A DNA stretch of 41,519 bases, taken from sequence record NC_093711.1; one strand, given 5' to 3'. The notes beneath the pieces were generated by a model, which saw only the letters and a program-made list of their open reading frames with translations, had not been told where the DNA came from and did not search any database. Positions 27,083-34,069 of this stretch are shown here, piece after piece. The translations under genes were made by a program, and so were the position numbers. Positions within the stretch are counted from its first letter, which is position 1. Each line of letters begins with the position of its first letter. The stretch comes from a phage.

Positions 27083-27631
27083 TCATGTCGTCTCTCCACA
27101 TCTGCGGCACACAAAATAATCCTCGTCGGCATCAAGAACCCAATCATGATCACATTCCTGAGTATCGTTTTTCGGTTTATATTCCTTGTCGTCCCACTCA
27201 CGTTTACCACATTTAGAGCAAAGCTCGCTACCAGGAACGTTGTTCGGATTGCCTTCGCTGAGAAACAACCCAGGCATAATAATCCAAGAGTGCTCGCATT
27301 CCTGGGTATCTTCTTTACGGCAACCAGATTGCTCCGGCGGTACAGGCGTCTGGGTGCACCGACAATTTACCGTTGGCCCGGGCGCATGTTCGCCAACCAC
27401 GTAGCTCTGGCCCCTAGAAATGTACCCACCCTTACGCACAAGTTTGTAAGCCTCTACATCCCCGGTGGCGGTAGCCAGCGCCATATGTAACCCCTTAATC
27501 TGCACCGAAGCATCACGTAACTGATTCTTAAGTGACTGCACCTCATGAGCCAGGTCTTCGCTCCGGCTGTTATTTACCTGCTGCCGTAGCTGGTCGATCA
27601 GGTACTCGAATATTTCGTTTTTGTTACTCAT
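27083..27631 (-). CDS. Cys-rich protein with two CEH/CDH...CxxCG zinc-ribbon repeats
   Basis: N-terminal coiled-coil-like region, then QECEHSW...CSKCG and QECDHDW...CRRCG. Probable start MSNKNEIF, coupled to a 45-aa upstream ORF. Confidence 0.5.
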   Translation of the reverse strand: MSNKNEIFEYLIDQLRQQVNNSRSEDLAHEVQSLKNQLRDASVQIKGLHMALATATGDVEAYKLVRKGGYISRGQSYVVGEHAPGPTVNCRCTQTPVPPEQSGCRKEDTQECEHSWIIMPGLFLSEGNPNNVPGSELCSKCGKREWDDKEYKPKNDTQECDHDWVLDADEDYFVCRRCGETT

Positions 27632-27761
27632 CAGCTTCACCCCTTTTCTCATCCACCCCGACTAGCAGCGATTTAGTGTCGCCGTCACACACCGAAGCGC
27701 TACTAATTATTTCGTAAGCGTCTACCAGTTCGCCTAAAGTCCAGCTACCGTACCAGCCCAT
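27624..27761 (-). CDS. small hypothetical protein (~45 aa), not in the ORF track
   Basis: GAGGAGAG Shine-Dalgarno; stop overlaps the start of the Cys-rich gene. Confidence 0.3.
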   Translation of the reverse strand: MGWYGSWTLGELVDAYEIISSASVCDGDTKSLLVGVDEKRGEADE

Positions 27762-27827
27762 CTCTGTCTCTCCTCTCGCTTGTGTAAATGAATAGTAGCC
27801 TATTCTATCTTAGTGTGCAAGTAAATT

Positions 27828-28001
27828 TTATTGGTGTGTTATGGAGTCGATGAATGCCAGTAACTCCCTTTCCGCTTCTGCCTCTCTTTCTTCAAGCGAC
27901 CAGGTAGCGGATTCCTCTGTCGCCGTTGCTAAATCGGTTTTCGCATCAACCATCGTGTCGATTAACGTGATTAGTCGTTCAGCCTGTTCTTTAGTAATCA
28001 T
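27828..28001 (-). CDS. small acidic helical protein (~57 aa), not in the ORF track
   Basis: AGGAG Shine-Dalgarno 8 nt upstream of ATG; MITKEQAERLITLIDTMVDAK... Preferred over the antisense Ser/Ala-rich plus-strand ORF 27841-28071. Confidence 0.35.
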   Translation of the reverse strand: MITKEQAERLITLIDTMVDAKTDLATATEESATWSLEEREAEAERELLAFIDSITHQ

Positions 28002-28144
28002 TGTTGCATCTCCTGCAATAGTCGCTTCGATTGTTGCGTTTGTTGCGTTTGATGAAAGTGTCGCCTTTTGACGACACTAAGTTAAAGTTGTACGCTGCTG
28101 TGTAGCAGCGTAAGTCACTCAGTAAAATCCCAAACTATTGAACA

Positions 28145-28345
28145 TCACACTTCTGGCGGCTCGGGTAACGGCATCCAGTGCGTCACGTACTTATCGTAGT
28201 GATTCCAGAAAGGCTTTCTCCCGTCATCAGGAACTATGTAATAATCGTGCTGAACTGCGTTATTTAACGTTTCATACACCAGGAACTCTTTATCCGTATA
28301 CCCATTACCCGGCAGCATCTCACTACACTTAATCCACTCACCCAT
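28145..28345 (-). CDS. DUF551-like phage protein
   Basis: 66-aa ORF with MGEWIKCSEMLP... and C-terminal THWMPLPEPP, a pattern recalled from DUF551-type phage proteins. Confidence 0.45.
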   Translation of the reverse strand: MGEWIKCSEMLPGNGYTDKEFLVYETLNNAVQHDYYIVPDDGRKPFWNHYDKYVTHWMPLPEPPEV

Positions 28346-28493
28346 ACCTCACACCTCTTTCAATCAAGGATTGCACACCAGCTTTCCACGCCCGCCACGC
28401 AAGACGCGTCTTAACGTTCAGGTACTCTTTCTTTGAACCCTTGTTAACCGGCAGACCCTCGACCACAGCCCACCGTTCAAATGCTTCTCTCAT
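28338..28493 (-). CDS. small hypothetical protein (~51 aa), not in the ORF track
   Basis: Coupled by overlapping start/stop to both neighbours. Confidence 0.3.
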   Translation of the reverse strand: MREAFERWAVVEGLPVNKGSKKEYLNVKTRLAWRAWKAGVQSLIERGVRYG

Positions 28494-28645
28494 ACCAGAA
28501 CCTCACATTCATCCCGATACACGAACAATAACGACCCTTTGTACTCAATCATAAAACCATAATGGTTGCTGCTGAACGCCGGAAAAACATCACCTACCGA
28601 GATACCGAAATCTATAAGCCTGCGGTCAGTTATTCGGATTCTCAT
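28490..28645 (-). CDS. small hypothetical protein (~51 aa), not in the ORF track
   Basis: Coupled by overlapping start/stop; GAGGA Shine-Dalgarno. Confidence 0.3.
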   Translation of the reverse strand: MRIRITDRRLIDFGISVGDVFPAFSSNHYGFMIEYKGSLLFVYRDECEVLV

Positions 28646-28648
28646 AGC

Positions 28649-28891
28649 TCAGTCCTCATCATCTTCTAAGTCTGGGTACACTATGAAATCTCCAACCCTT
28701 TGCAACTCCGCACCCGCCATAAAATAGCCAAGTGCTTCGGCTCTTTCGGAATCGGTTTTAAACTCAGACAAAGGATATCTTTCGTAGAACTTGTTAATTA
28801 ATAACGCCTGGTCAAACTTAGTCGCATCATAATTTTTCATACCAACCCCCCGCAACGCGCACACCACATGAACGGTTAAAGTATTATTCAT
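28649..28891 (-). CDS. hypothetical protein with acidic C-terminus
   Basis: Probable start MNNTLTVH; the track ORF extends to 28927. Ends ...YPDLEDDED. Confidence 0.4.
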   Translation of the reverse strand: MNNTLTVHVVCALRGVGMKNYDATKFDQALLINKFYERYPLSEFKTDSERAEALGYFMAGAELQRVGDFIVYPDLEDDED

Positions 28892-29072
28892 GGCAACCTC
28901 CCTCAGAGTCGTCGGCGCGAGCATCATGATTCGATGCCGTTTGCTCCCGCACTTCTACCATCCTTCCTACCACTGCGGCATAATACACATACCGCTTTAT
29001 TGCGTAATCTTTATTACTTGTCGTCTCTGTTATGACCCCGTCGACGTATACGTCGTAAATTAATTCCCCCAT
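28884..29072 (-). CDS. hypothetical protein
   Basis: ~62 aa, coupled to the upstream ORF (ATGA). Confidence 0.4.
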   Translation of the reverse strand: MGELIYDVYVDGVITETTSNKDYAIKRYVYYAAVVGRMVEVREQTASNHDARADDSEGGCHE

Positions 29073-29254
29073 CACTTCGCCCCTTTGAATTTAAAATTGT
29101 TGCCGATGAGTTCTAAATTATCGTGACGAACATAACCATGTTTCCTCCGTATAAGGCCAAATACGGCGACAACACCATATTCATCCTCGTCTTTGGTAAC
29201 TATTACGTGTTGCCGGCTGCGCTTTGTTTTCACCAACTGACCATTCTTAAACAT
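29072..29254 (-). CDS. hypothetical protein, first gene of the leftward early operon
   Basis: ATG at ~29254 with a GAGGAG Shine-Dalgarno; the track ORF starts at an upstream GTG (29263). Confidence 0.45.
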   Translation of the reverse strand: MFKNGQLVKTKRSRQHVIVTKDEDEYGVVAVFGLIRRKHGYVRHDNLELIGNNFKFKGAK

Positions 29255-29287
29255 AACCCTCACTCCTCTGTCTCGTTTCGATAAGTG

Positions 29288-29317
29288 AATAGTATCCTAT
29301 TATGTTGAGGTGCGCAA
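29288..29317 (-). promoter_or_regulatory. leftward early promoter TTGCGC-N17-TACTAT with palindromic operator AATAG-N4-CTATT (29288-29301)
   Basis: Minus strand: -35 TTGCGC (rc at 29312-29317), 17-nt spacer, -10 TACTAT (rc at 29289-29294). Operator overlaps the -10. Confidence 0.5.
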
Positions 29318-29439
29318 GAGATTAGTTACGTTGCCGTTGTGATTCTTTTGTTTAATGGGGTAGCGAGCGAAACGAAACGAACGTGGTGCCGAAGGCACCA
29401 AGAGTGAGTGAGTGAGCTTGCGGTTCTAACCTACGGCAA

Positions 29440-29630
29440 ATCAGTAACTTAGATAATTAGACAGGAATTACAATAGACTTTGGTCCTTCCGAATGCGCCA
29501 GCGAGACTCACTCCACACGTCGAGACGTGCTCGTTTCGCCTGCCGCGCACCGCGGTCGCTTGTTCATACTTCACAAGCTCAGGACGAGCTTACCATATTT
29601 CTTAGTAAAAGTCAATACCAATAGCATCTT
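29440..29630. other. conserved non-coding element, copy B (paralogous to 17411-17600)
   Basis: Lies between the leftward early promoter and the rightward promoter. 34-nt identity at 29550-29583 with 17518-17551; hairpins at equivalent positions. Confidence 0.6.
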
Positions 29631-29660
29631 TTGTATCTTAGTAACTTTGTGTGGTGTTTT

Positions 29661-29689
29661 GGTTGCTTTTACATTCCCGCTATCCTATA
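29661..29689 (+). promoter_or_regulatory. rightward sigma70-like promoter TTGCTT-N17-TATACT
   Basis: Upstream of the HTH gene; CAGGAG Shine-Dalgarno follows at ~29709. Confidence 0.5.
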
Positions 29690-29722
29690 CTCGGTTCCAC
29701 CAAACAAACAGGAGATATGAAA

Positions 29723-29905
29723 ATGCCGCATTACATGACACAGAATGAAGTAGCTGAACGTATCGGGGTGACACGTCAGACAATTAATAACTGGCTGCGC
29801 AGTGGTAAATTCCCGGATTGCTGTATTAAGGTTATGGGTCGCCGTTTACCGGGAACATTCGACCGTAATAAAGTTGAAGCATGGATTAAGGAGAACGTGA
29901 AATGA
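29723..29905 (+). CDS. small HTH DNA-binding protein (AlpA/excisionase-like fold)
   Basis: MPHYMTQNEVAERIGVTRQTINNWLRSGKF is a typical HTH. An alternative ATG lies at 29717; the track ORF starts at 29651. Confidence 0.55.
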   Translation: MPHYMTQNEVAERIGVTRQTINNWLRSGKFPDCCIKVMGRRLPGTFDRNKVEAWIKENVK

Positions 29906-30114
29906 TTGGGCGTATGGGTTGTTACTTTGAAAACGGTAAAGTTAAATACTGGTTTAAGTTTGCGTCAGAAATTACTGACAGCGGATTCTATGCAGAAATA
30001 TGTAAGCCTAATCATTTGTCGGAACCGACGCGCATTATTAAGATGCCAGTAGATGTGTTAAGTAAATGCCGTTTCTATGATTCCGAGCGCGCGTGGTTTT
30101 CTGGTTGTAAATAA
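29902..30114 (+). CDS. hypothetical protein
   Basis: 70-aa ORF coupled to the HTH gene (ATGA). Confidence 0.4.
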   Translation: MIGRMGCYFENGKVKYWFKFASEITDSGFYAEICKPNHLSEPTRIIKMPVDVLSKCRFYDSERAWFSGCK

Positions 30115-30182
30115 AAGAAACCCCAACGCCAGAACGTCGGGGTTGAAGCACAAATCATCAAAGTAAGCCCAAGGATTATACA

Positions 30183-30311
30183 ATGACAAAGTTAATAGTT
30201 CCACAGCTACGCCGCCAGAAACACGGCGCTGATTTCTTCGCACCAGTAAAGATGAACCGCGCAATGCGCCGTATGCAGGAAGCCTTAGAACGTGCGGAGA
30301 AAAAGAAATGA
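30183..30311 (+). CDS. small basic protein (~42 aa), not in the ORF track
   Basis: AAGGA Shine-Dalgarno; stop overlaps the primase-helicase start. Confidence 0.3.
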   Translation: MTKLIVPQLRRQKHGADFFAPVKMNRAMRRMQEALERAEKKK

Positions 30312-32569
30312 ATATTGTTTTTGCGACGCTGCGTAACACATTCGATAAAAACCCTGTAGCGCGTGAAATGCCGCTGGAGCAGTTTGTGGAGTATGTCTGC
30401 GATACATCGAAGCGTTTATCCGTGGATCCGTCGTGGTCTAAGGAAGAGTACGACGCTGCCAAGATTAAGCAGAAAGCTATCGCGCCTGTTGGGGGTCGCC
30501 GTAAAAACGCTATCCTTGAAGACAGTGTGGTTAAGTTCGACTTCGACCATCTCAACCGTACTCAGTACCGCGACCTGACACGCAAATTCAAGAACGCGAC
30601 GTTCTTCAACATTCTGCACACAACGGCATCGCATCAGCATGCGTGTAAAAACGGGGATTACGCATTCCGCGTTCTGGTTCCAGCTCGCACGCCGTTTAAC
30701 TCTAACGACGCGTGGATGGTGCAACGTGCTATTTGTGCCGAGTTAGAAATAGATGAATCGCTGCGCGACCACTGCACGGAAGACGGCAACCGCCTCATCT
30801 ACCTGCCACATAAAGAGTCTAAGATAACGGTTACAGAAGGGCGTGTTATCCGTGCGGAGCGGTACATCAAGAAAGCCGAAGAGATGGGGCTGCGTAAACG
30901 CGAGGCTAAGACACTTGCCGCCGATGAGCACGGGCTTAACGCAGATATAGCTCATTTCTGCGAAGCCGAGCTGGGCCTTGACGCTTTATCTTCCGGCCGA
31001 GGGTATGAAGTGCCATGCCCTAATGAACATCTGCATACAGGCAAAGGCTCCACCAGCATCATGCTTGACGGTAAAGAGGTGCGCTTCGTGTGCCAGCACA
31101 CAAACAACGGCGCTTGTACCGAGCTTAACCGTCGGCAACATTTGGCCTTGCGTATGTGCGGCCTGCCCGACGAGCTTAACGTAGACAAGCAACCTATCAG
31201 TATTAACAGCATTCGTGCGGCTTTGCCTGACTTACCGGACGAAGAGATTGAAGAACTGCACCGCACAGAGAACGAGGAGCCTGTAACTTGTACGCTTGAA
31301 GACCTCGAAGACGAGCCGGAAGTAGAAAAAGAACCTGCTTACCCCGTAGTAGACGGCCTTATGCAGACCAACGAATCGTTCTACATTTGCGCAAAGTCCC
31401 ACACTGGTAAGTCAACATTTAGTATGGCGATTGATGCTGCTATCGCCGCCGAAAAAAGATATGCGTTCGGTGGTGCTGAGGTCGCAGAAGGTCATGCATT
31501 TATCTTCGCGGGCGAAGGTGCGCAGTCGTTCGAGAGACATAAAAAATCTTTGCAGATTGCACTTGGCGATAGCCTCGACCGCTTACACATTATCGATTGT
31601 GTTGCAGATGGGTGTAACCTCCTCGACGAAGCATGGCGTCGCCAGGCGGTGAGAATGATGCGCCGTGTTGCCGGTGAAGAGAAAATTGTAAAGGTTACGT
31701 TTGATACTCTACAAACTTGCATACCGGGCTTCGACGAGAACGACAACCGGTCTATGAAAGAAGCAGCGCAGGCGCTTAACGAAATAGCATCGACGCTTAA
31801 CGCCGCGGTAGGTGCAATGGTGCACCCGACTAAAAACATCGACGAAACCGTACCATCCGAGAACGGCATGATGCCGAAAGGTGGTAGTGATTTTCACAAC
31901 TCCATCGATAACGGGATGTTTCTGCATAAACCGGACAACGATAACAACTTAGAGATAAACCTGTACCACATAAAGAACCGAAACGGAGAACGGCAGAAAG
32001 CCAGAGGATTCGTAATACAGAAGATTCAGATAGCGGAACCACCAGAAAAGAAAGAACCAACTCACAACTTCATGGGTCTTCCAGAAGGGTACAGTAGCGA
32101 CGATGTGCGCGATTTTGACGCGGGAAATCCGCATATTGATGTCTTTGTCAACTTCAACGCCTTCTCTGTCTTCGTGAAGAAAGTAGAAGGTATGACCGAC
32201 GAACAGAAGGAAGCCGTTAAAGAAAAGGTAGGCCAGTTCGAGAAACTGGATTCCAAAGAGGCTACGGTTATTTACGCATTGGGTAAATTGCAGGAGCAGG
32301 GTGACGACAAGCGCGGGTTTTCTATGTCCGCTATCGTCAAAGCGGCGAAAGAAGATAGTTACGGCGTACCGATTAACGCTAATAACGACCTTCGAAAGAA
32401 ACTGGAAGAGATGCATGAGGCCGGGATTATCGTCTCGGGTCTGGATAACAACAACAGGCCCATACCTAAGCAGTACCGGCTGCCGTGGGGCATAAACGAC
32501 AACAAGATTCCGAAGACAATATACGAACCGAATGAAATGCTGGTGGTGACAGAGGAGGATTTGGAATAG
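30308..32569 (+). CDS. DNA primase-helicase (zinc-binding primase-like N-terminal region + RecA-like P-loop ATPase)
   Basis: 753-aa ORF with a Cys/His cluster (CPNEHLHTGKG...CQHTNNGAC) and Walker A (YICAKSHTGKST) followed by Walker B-like FIFAGEG. Ends ...VTEEDLE. Confidence 0.7.
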   Translation: MNIVFATLRNTFDKNPVAREMPLEQFVEYVCDTSKRLSVDPSWSKEEYDAAKIKQKAIAPVGGRRKNAILEDSVVKFDFDHLNRTQYRDLTRKFKNATFFNILHTTASHQHACKNGDYAFRVLVPARTPFNSNDAWMVQRAICAELEIDESLRDHCTEDGNRLIYLPHKESKITVTEGRVIRAERYIKKAEEMGLRKREAKTLAADEHGLNADIAHFCEAELGLDALSSGRGYEVPCPNEHLHTGKGSTSIMLDGKEVRFVCQHTNNGACTELNRRQHLALRMCGLPDELNVDKQPISINSIRAALPDLPDEEIEELHRTENEEPVTCTLEDLEDEPEVEKEPAYPVVDGLMQTNESFYICAKSHTGKSTFSMAIDAAIAAEKRYAFGGAEVAEGHAFIFAGEGAQSFERHKKSLQIALGDSLDRLHIIDCVADGCNLLDEAWRRQAVRMMRRVAGEEKIVKVTFDTLQTCIPGFDENDNRSMKEAAQALNEIASTLNAAVGAMVHPTKNIDETVPSENGMMPKGGSDFHNSIDNGMFLHKPDNDNNLEINLYHIKNRNGERQKARGFVIQKIQIAEPPEKKEPTHNFMGLPEGYSSDDVRDFDAGNPHIDVFVNFNAFSVFVKKVEGMTDEQKEAVKEKVGQFEKLDSKEATVIYALGKLQEQGDDKRGFSMSAIVKAAKEDSYGVPINANNDLRKKLEEMHEAGIIVSGLDNNNRPIPKQYRLPWGINDNKIPKTIYEPNEMLVVTEEDLE

Positions 32570-32576
32570 ATAAAAA

Positions 32577-32596
32577 GAAAGGGGCATTAAGCCCCT
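32577..32596. terminator. hairpin terminator between the convergent primase-helicase and repressor genes
   Basis: AAAGGGGC-ATTAA-GCCCCTT; a T-rich tract follows on the minus strand. Confidence 0.5.
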
Positions 32597-32802
32597 TCAC
32601 CTAGCGCCAGCCACTTGGCGTCTACTTCCAGCACTTCCGCCAGTTTAAACAGCGTTGCCGGGCGGACGTCTTGGGTTACCCCAAGTGCCAGCTGGTTAAT
32701 TGCGCCCTGGGAAACCCCGGTCAGGGCAGCCAGACGGCGCTGGGAGATGCCGAGTTCTTTACGGCGTTGTTCTACACGGATACCTAGTTCAGATGGTTGC
32801 AT
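32587..32802 (-). CDS. XRE-family (Cro/CI-like) HTH transcriptional regulator
   Basis: 71-aa ORF with a canonical HTH (ELGISQRRLAALTGVSQGAINQLALG). Divergent from the 32928 gene, with operator palindromes between them. Confidence 0.75.
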   Translation of the reverse strand: MQPSELGIRVEQRRKELGISQRRLAALTGVSQGAINQLALGVTQDVRPATLFKLAEVLEVDAKWLALGEGA

Positions 32803-32832
32803 GTCAGTTACTCCTTAGTTAGTTGATATGTG

Positions 32833-32896
32833 AATAGTACCATATTAATTATTTTATAAAAGCCCATTGACAACCTGAATAGTTAGCTATTATAGT
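32833..32896. promoter_or_regulatory. divergent promoter/operator region with two AATAG-N4-CTATT-type palindromes
   Basis: Imperfect palindrome at 32833-32846 overlaps the -10 for the minus-strand regulator gene. A perfect palindrome at 32878-32891 sits in the plus-strand promoter TTGACA (32867-32872)-N18-TATAGT (32891-32896). Confidence 0.55.
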
Positions 32897-32927
32897 TAGC
32901 CCATACCAAACGAGAGGAGAGAAACAA

Positions 32928-33416
32928 ATGTTAGAACAATTTTTAAAATTACTGGAACGTTTCGTAGTTGCGCACGAACTGATTGCCGCGAATAGCGTGA
33001 AACAACCTGTGTATGAACTTAAGGCAGATGTAAACATCGCAGATAGTGTTCGTGATGTTGTTGTGAAAGAAGTAACGAAAGAAATCCCGGTAGAAGGTGA
33101 AGACACCGTTGACACTAAACCAGAAGAAGAAGAGAAGCCGAAGCGCAAGCCGCGTAAAGCTAAAGTAGAGGGGCCAACGCCAGAGCCGGAAGAAGAGAAA
33201 GAAGAAGTCGATTACCAGTCTCTGCGCGACCAGATTCAGGCTATCGACGATGCGATTAACGAAGGCCCAAGCGATGCCGCGTGCGACGATTCTGACGAAC
33301 TGCTGGAAGAGTTTACCGGTAAGAAGATGAAGATTGCAGCGATTAAAGACGAAGACCTGGCTGAGTATCTGGAGCGCCTGACAGCAATCAAGAACAAGTA
33401 TTTCGAAGAAGAATAA
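32928..33416 (+). CDS. highly acidic protein, unknown function
   Basis: 162-aa ORF with a strongly Glu/Asp-rich central and C-terminal region. First gene of the operator-controlled rightward operon; GAGGAG Shine-Dalgarno. Confidence 0.5.
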   Translation: MLEQFLKLLERFVVAHELIAANSVKQPVYELKADVNIADSVRDVVVKEVTKEIPVEGEDTVDTKPEEEEKPKRKPRKAKVEGPTPEPEEEKEEVDYQSLRDQIQAIDDAINEGPSDAACDDSDELLEEFTGKKMKIAAIKDEDLAEYLERLTAIKNKYFEEE

Positions 33417-33459
33417 CTATCCCGCGGCCTTCGGGCCGCTTTAACTCAGGGTCGGAATT

Positions 33460-33663
33460 ATGGCTATTTTAGCTAAGAAAAGTGGTCTTATGATTTCAGG
33501 GCGAGTTATAGAAGAAACAGATAACTTTGTATGCTTCCACGCTGTAGATAATAAACGCCCTACGTATGTACAAAAGTCGGATAAAACACAAAAAGTTTTC
33601 GACGGTGATTTTTCTATGGATGACGTTTTCGCGTGGGTGGATTCTGTGAGGGTAAAGAAATGA
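33460..33663 (+). CDS. hypothetical protein
   Basis: 67-aa ORF coupled to the downstream gene (ATGA). Confidence 0.45.
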   Translation: MAILAKKSGLMISGRVIEETDNFVCFHAVDNKRPTYVQKSDKTQKVFDGDFSMDDVFAWVDSVRVKK

Positions 33664-33938
33664 TTTACCAACTCTACCGCGCCGTAGACAGGCGGGATAG
33701 CACCGAGGCGTTGTGGCTGTTGCGTGCGCCGTCCGGTGCGCACCAGATGGAAGAGATGGCGTACTTAGGCAAAGTACCACTACCTAAAGATATAGGTCGT
33801 CACGTGTCGCAGATTAAGCGCACGACATTCGCCAAACCTGACTTTTATGTCTTCGAGTCGATGTATGGTTGGGCTATGCATTGCCATCACCAGACACGAC
33901 ATTTAATTGACCAGTGGGAGAGCAGAGCATGTTTGTAA
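33660..33938 (+). CDS. hypothetical protein
   Basis: 92 aa from the ATG at 33660; the track ORF starts at 33633. Confidence 0.45.
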   Translation: MIYQLYRAVDRRDSTEALWLLRAPSGAHQMEEMAYLGKVPLPKDIGRHVSQIKRTTFAKPDFYVFESMYGWAMHCHHQTRHLIDQWESRACL

Positions 33939-34069
33939 TTATGTATTCAATCGGTGAGGAAGAGTACGAACATAGTAGATACCTTACATCCGCAGAGGCC
34001 GAGAATATGATACACGAACTTGACGCTGACAGTTTCGACTACGCATGGATTGAGGAGATTGCGGAATGA
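33929..34069 (+). CDS. small acidic protein (~46 aa), not in the ORF track
   Basis: Stop overlaps the nuclease start (ATGA). Confidence 0.3.
   Translation: MFVIMYSIGEEEYEHSRYLTSAEAENMIHELDADSFDYAWIEEIAE

Noticed and set aside
26908-27210. Minus-strand 100-aa ORF overlapping the 3' end of the Cys-rich gene
   Set aside because: Its start lies inside the upstream gene in another frame. The 26887-27083 gap has no good start codon; it may hold a structured region (hairpin GCGTGCC...GGCACGC) rather than a gene.
27841-28071. Plus-strand 76-aa ORF rich in Ser/Ala
   Set aside because: Low-complexity product, antisense to a minus-strand small ORF (27828-28001) that has a good Shine-Dalgarno and matches the strand of all neighbouring genes.
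32587-32802. Possibility that the XRE repressor marks a temperate phage with a lysogeny module
   Set aside because: No integrase, excisionase-integrase pair, attachment site or CI-length repressor in the window. The 71-aa regulator is more consistent with a Cro-like switch, though genes outside the window cannot be excluded.
33441-33780. Minus-strand ORFs 33441-33743 and 33496-33780
   Set aside because: Antisense to a run of coupled plus-strand genes with clear starts; no promoter or Shine-Dalgarno support.
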